A DNA stretch of 64,000 nucleotides from positions 5,812,303 to 5,876,302 of the forward strand of contig CM082582.2 in assembly GCA_040954595.2 (NCBI GenBank), read 5' to 3'. Positions 60,801-64,000 of this stretch are shown piece after piece; the first letter of the stretch is position 1, and each line of letters starts with the position of its first letter. The notes below the pieces were generated by a model, which saw nothing but the letters and a program-made list of their open reading frames with translations, ran no database searches and was not told where the DNA came from. This DNA is from Balanoglossus misakiensis (lineage: Eukaryota > Animalia > Hemichordata). Both the position numbers and the translations under genes were made by a program.

Positions 60801-63063
60801 GTTTTTATCAAAAAATGAAGAAATTTTGAAAATTCGCAAAGTCGAAAAATTTTCATTTTTGGATGAATTTCATGAGCTATAACCCATGGTTTTTATCAAA
60901 AAATGAAGAAATTTTGAAAATTCGCAAAGTCGAAAAATTGTCATTTTTGGATGATTTTCATGAGCTATAACCCATGGTTTTTATCAAAAAATGAAGAAAT
61001 TTTGAAAATTCGCAAAGTCGAAAAATTGTCATTTTTGGATGATTTTCATGAGCTATAACCCATTGTTTTTATCAAAAAATGAAGAAATTTTGAAAATTCG
61101 CAAAGTCGAAAAATTGTCATTTTTGGATGATTTTCATGAGCTATAACCCATGGTTTTTATCAAAAAATGAAGAAATTTTGAAAATTCGCAAAGTCGAAAA
61201 ATTGTCATTTTTGGATGATTTTCATGAGCTATAACCCATGGTTTTTATCAAAAAATGAAGAAATTTTGAAAATTCGCAAAGTCGAAAAATTGTCATATTT
61301 GGATGATTTTCATGAGCTATAACCCATGGTTTTTATCAAAAAATGAAGAAATTTTGAAAATTCGCAAAGTCGAAAAATTGTCATATTTGGATGATTTTCA
61401 TGAGCTATAACCCATGGTTTTTATCAAAAAATGAAGAAATTTTGAAAATTCGCAAAGTCGAAAAATTGTCATTTTTGGATGATTTTCATGAGCTATAACC
61501 CATGGTTTTTATCAAAAAATGAAGAAATTTTGAAAAGTCGCAAAGTCGAAAAATTGTCATATTTGGATGATTTTCATGAGCTATAACCCATGGTTTTTAT
61601 CAAAAAATGAAGAAATTTTGAAAATTCGCAAAGTCGAAAAATTGTCATTTTTGGATGATTTTCATGAGCTATAACCCATGGTTTTTATCAAAAAATGAAG
61701 AAATTTTGAAAATTCGCAAAGTCGAAAAATTGTCATATTTGGATGATTTTCATGAGCTATAACCCATGGTTTTTATCAAAAAATGAAGAAATTTTGAAAA
61801 TTCGCAAAGTCGAAAAATTGTCATATTTGGATGATTTTCATGAGCTATAACCCATGGTTTTTATCAAAAAATGAAGAAATTTTGAAAATTCGCAAAGTCG
61901 AAAAATTGTCATATTTGGATGATTTTCATGAGCTATAACCCATGGTTTTTATCAAAAAATGAAGAAATTTTGAAAATTCGCAAAGTCGAAAAATTGTCAT
62001 ATTTGGATGATTTTCATGAGCTATAACCCATGGTTTTTATCAAAAAATGAAGAAATTTTGAAAATTCGCAAAGTCGAAAAATTGTCATATTTGGATGATT
62101 TTCATGAGCTATAACCCATGGTTTTTATCAAAAAATGAAGAAATTTTGAAAATTCGCAAAGTCGAAAAATTGTCATTTTTGGATGATTTTCATGAGCTGT
62201 AACCCATGGTTTTTATCAAAAAATGAAGAAATTTTGAAAATTCGCAAAGTCGAAAAATTGTCATATTTGGATGATTTTCATGAGCTATAACCCATGGTTT
62301 TTATCAAAAAATGAAGAAATTTTGAAAATTCGCAAAGTCGAAAAATTGTCATTTTTGGATGATTTTCATGAGCTATAACCCATGGTTTTTATCAAAAAAT
62401 GAAGAAATTTTGAAAATTCGCAAAGTCGAAAAATTGTCATTTTTGGATGATTTTCATGAGCTATAACCCATGGTTTTTATCAAAAAATGAAGAAATTTTG
62501 AAAATTCGCAAAGTCGAAAAATTGTCATTTTTGGATGATTTTCATGAGCTATAACCCATGGTTTTTATCAAAAAATGAAGAAATTTTGAAAATTCGCAAA
62601 GTCGAAAAATTGTCATTTTTGGATGATTTTCATGAGCTATAACCCATGGTTTTTATCAAAAAATGAAGAAATTTTGAAAATTCGCAAAGTCGAAAAATTG
62701 TCATTTTTGGATGATTTTCATGAGCTATAACCCATGGTTTTTATCAAAAAATGAGAAATTTTGAAAATTCGCAATGTCGAAAAATTGTCATTTTTGGATG
62801 ATTGTCATGAGCTATAACCCATGGTTTTTATCAAAAAATGAAGAAATTTTGAAAATTCGCCAAGTCGAAAAATTGTCATTTTTGGATGATTTTCATGAGC
62901 TATAACCCATGGTTTTTATCAAAAAATGAAGAAATTTTGAAAATTCGCAAAGTCGAAAAATTGTCATATTTGGATGATTTTCATGAGCTATAACCCATGG
63001 TTTTTATCAAAAAATGAAGAAATTTTGAAAAATCGCAAAGTAGAAAAATTGTCATATTTGGAT
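42776..63063 (+). repeat. 88-bp satellite array, ~20.3 kb, ~230 head-to-tail copies
   Basis: Monomer gagctataacccatggtttttatcaaaaaatgaagaaattttgaaaattcgcaaagtcgaaaaattgtcat(t/a)tttggatgattttcat; very homogeneous. Confidence 0.99.
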
Positions 63064-64000
63064 AAATTTCTACATTTTTTGAGAAAAATCATGGGTTATT
63101 AGGATTTTGCGAACTTTCTTGTGTGCGTTCCGATATTTTCATCCGTTGCGTCGTGTTTGATGTACTAAGCTGTTGCTGTGATGTATTGTGTTGTCCTGTG
63201 CTGTGATCAAATTGATAAAAACAAGGAAAAGTCACCCACCTTGCTAATTGTCTGGATCACTTCCGAGCATAATTTGCCACATCTTCAACTATCGGGATCA
63301 CTTCCAAGTCAATCAGCCGTGGGACTAAATGTTATCCTGCAATGGGTCGATTTACTTTGCACTTCGCCAAATGGTGTTCCAGCTGGATTACTTAGACAAC
63401 TTTCTGTTTTGCATTTCTGACATGAAATGGATTTCTGTGGGGTTGAAATGTTCTTATAACAATGCATTAATTAGTTTTAGATTTACTTCATGCTATTTCC
63501 CTGTGCTTCCGCCGATTCAAAATGGCGGCGTTTGAAAACTGAATGGCTTTAATGAAGTGGTGTCACGGTAGTGATGAATATTATGGCGCCCTCAGCGACT
63601 TACGCCGTAGTCCCCCACCCATCGCTTTCTATTGAAATGACTAATTAGGATTAGGAGGTCAAACACTTGGGTGCATTGCGGGGAGGGTTGGGAACCTGAT
63701 TAACCATCAAGTCGGGGAAAAAATTTAAGCTGCGTTCATACTGTTGTATTGATACATCTAAACTTTGGGGGACACGGAATACAACAGACTTTGCTACAAA
63801 TTAAGTTTGATCTTACACGTTTCAATTATCTCAACATCAAGGTAGTGCTGGGGTAATAAAATGATACAGACACAAGTATTTCATTTCAATCTAGTTCATT
63901 GACAATTTTTATTTCAAAGTTACCATCTCCAGCCAATAAAAACAAAAAATATCTGAAATCAATTAAATTCCAAAATATACACTTAGTGGCTAGTGACAAT
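63064..64000 (-). repeat. Right arm of the long inverted repeat, running off the window
   Basis: Mirror of 41882-42811 with scattered substitutions and one 6-bp indel near 63280; begins with an inverted partial satellite monomer. Confidence 0.97.

Noticed and set aside
42776-63063. CRISPR-like array, or the 64-aa ORFs (MIFMSYNPWF...) within it
   Set aside because: Contiguous monomers with no unique spacers, in eukaryotic context. The ORFs arise where 1-bp deletions shift satellite frames.

Overview
Intron-rich, AT-rich eukaryotic genomic DNA; gene content and style suggest a marine invertebrate deuterostome such as an acorn worm (inference). The first 37 kb hold seven genes: a class A orphan peptide-type GPCR with an uninterrupted CDS, an IFIT-like TPR protein, a GH29 alpha-L-fucosidase with an apparent membrane anchor, a copine with a degenerate vWA domain, an intronless Ig-superfamily receptor, DHRS4 and a stand-alone NHL-repeat protein. 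Three MITEs and several microsatellites are interspersed. The last 26 kb are repetitive: a ~20.3 kb array of an 88-bp satellite (~230 copies, with local higher-order structure) lies between two long inverted arms, one of which runs off the window. The best candidate for a new system is the IFIT-like gene. Its first coding exon (missed by the ORF track) carries the IFIT CHFxW motif, and it has an extra C-terminal domain that resembles HEPN-like RNase folds, suggesting a one-protein RNA sensor-nuclease. A relic of a paralogous C-terminus lies downstream. All assignments are by eye; no searches were run.
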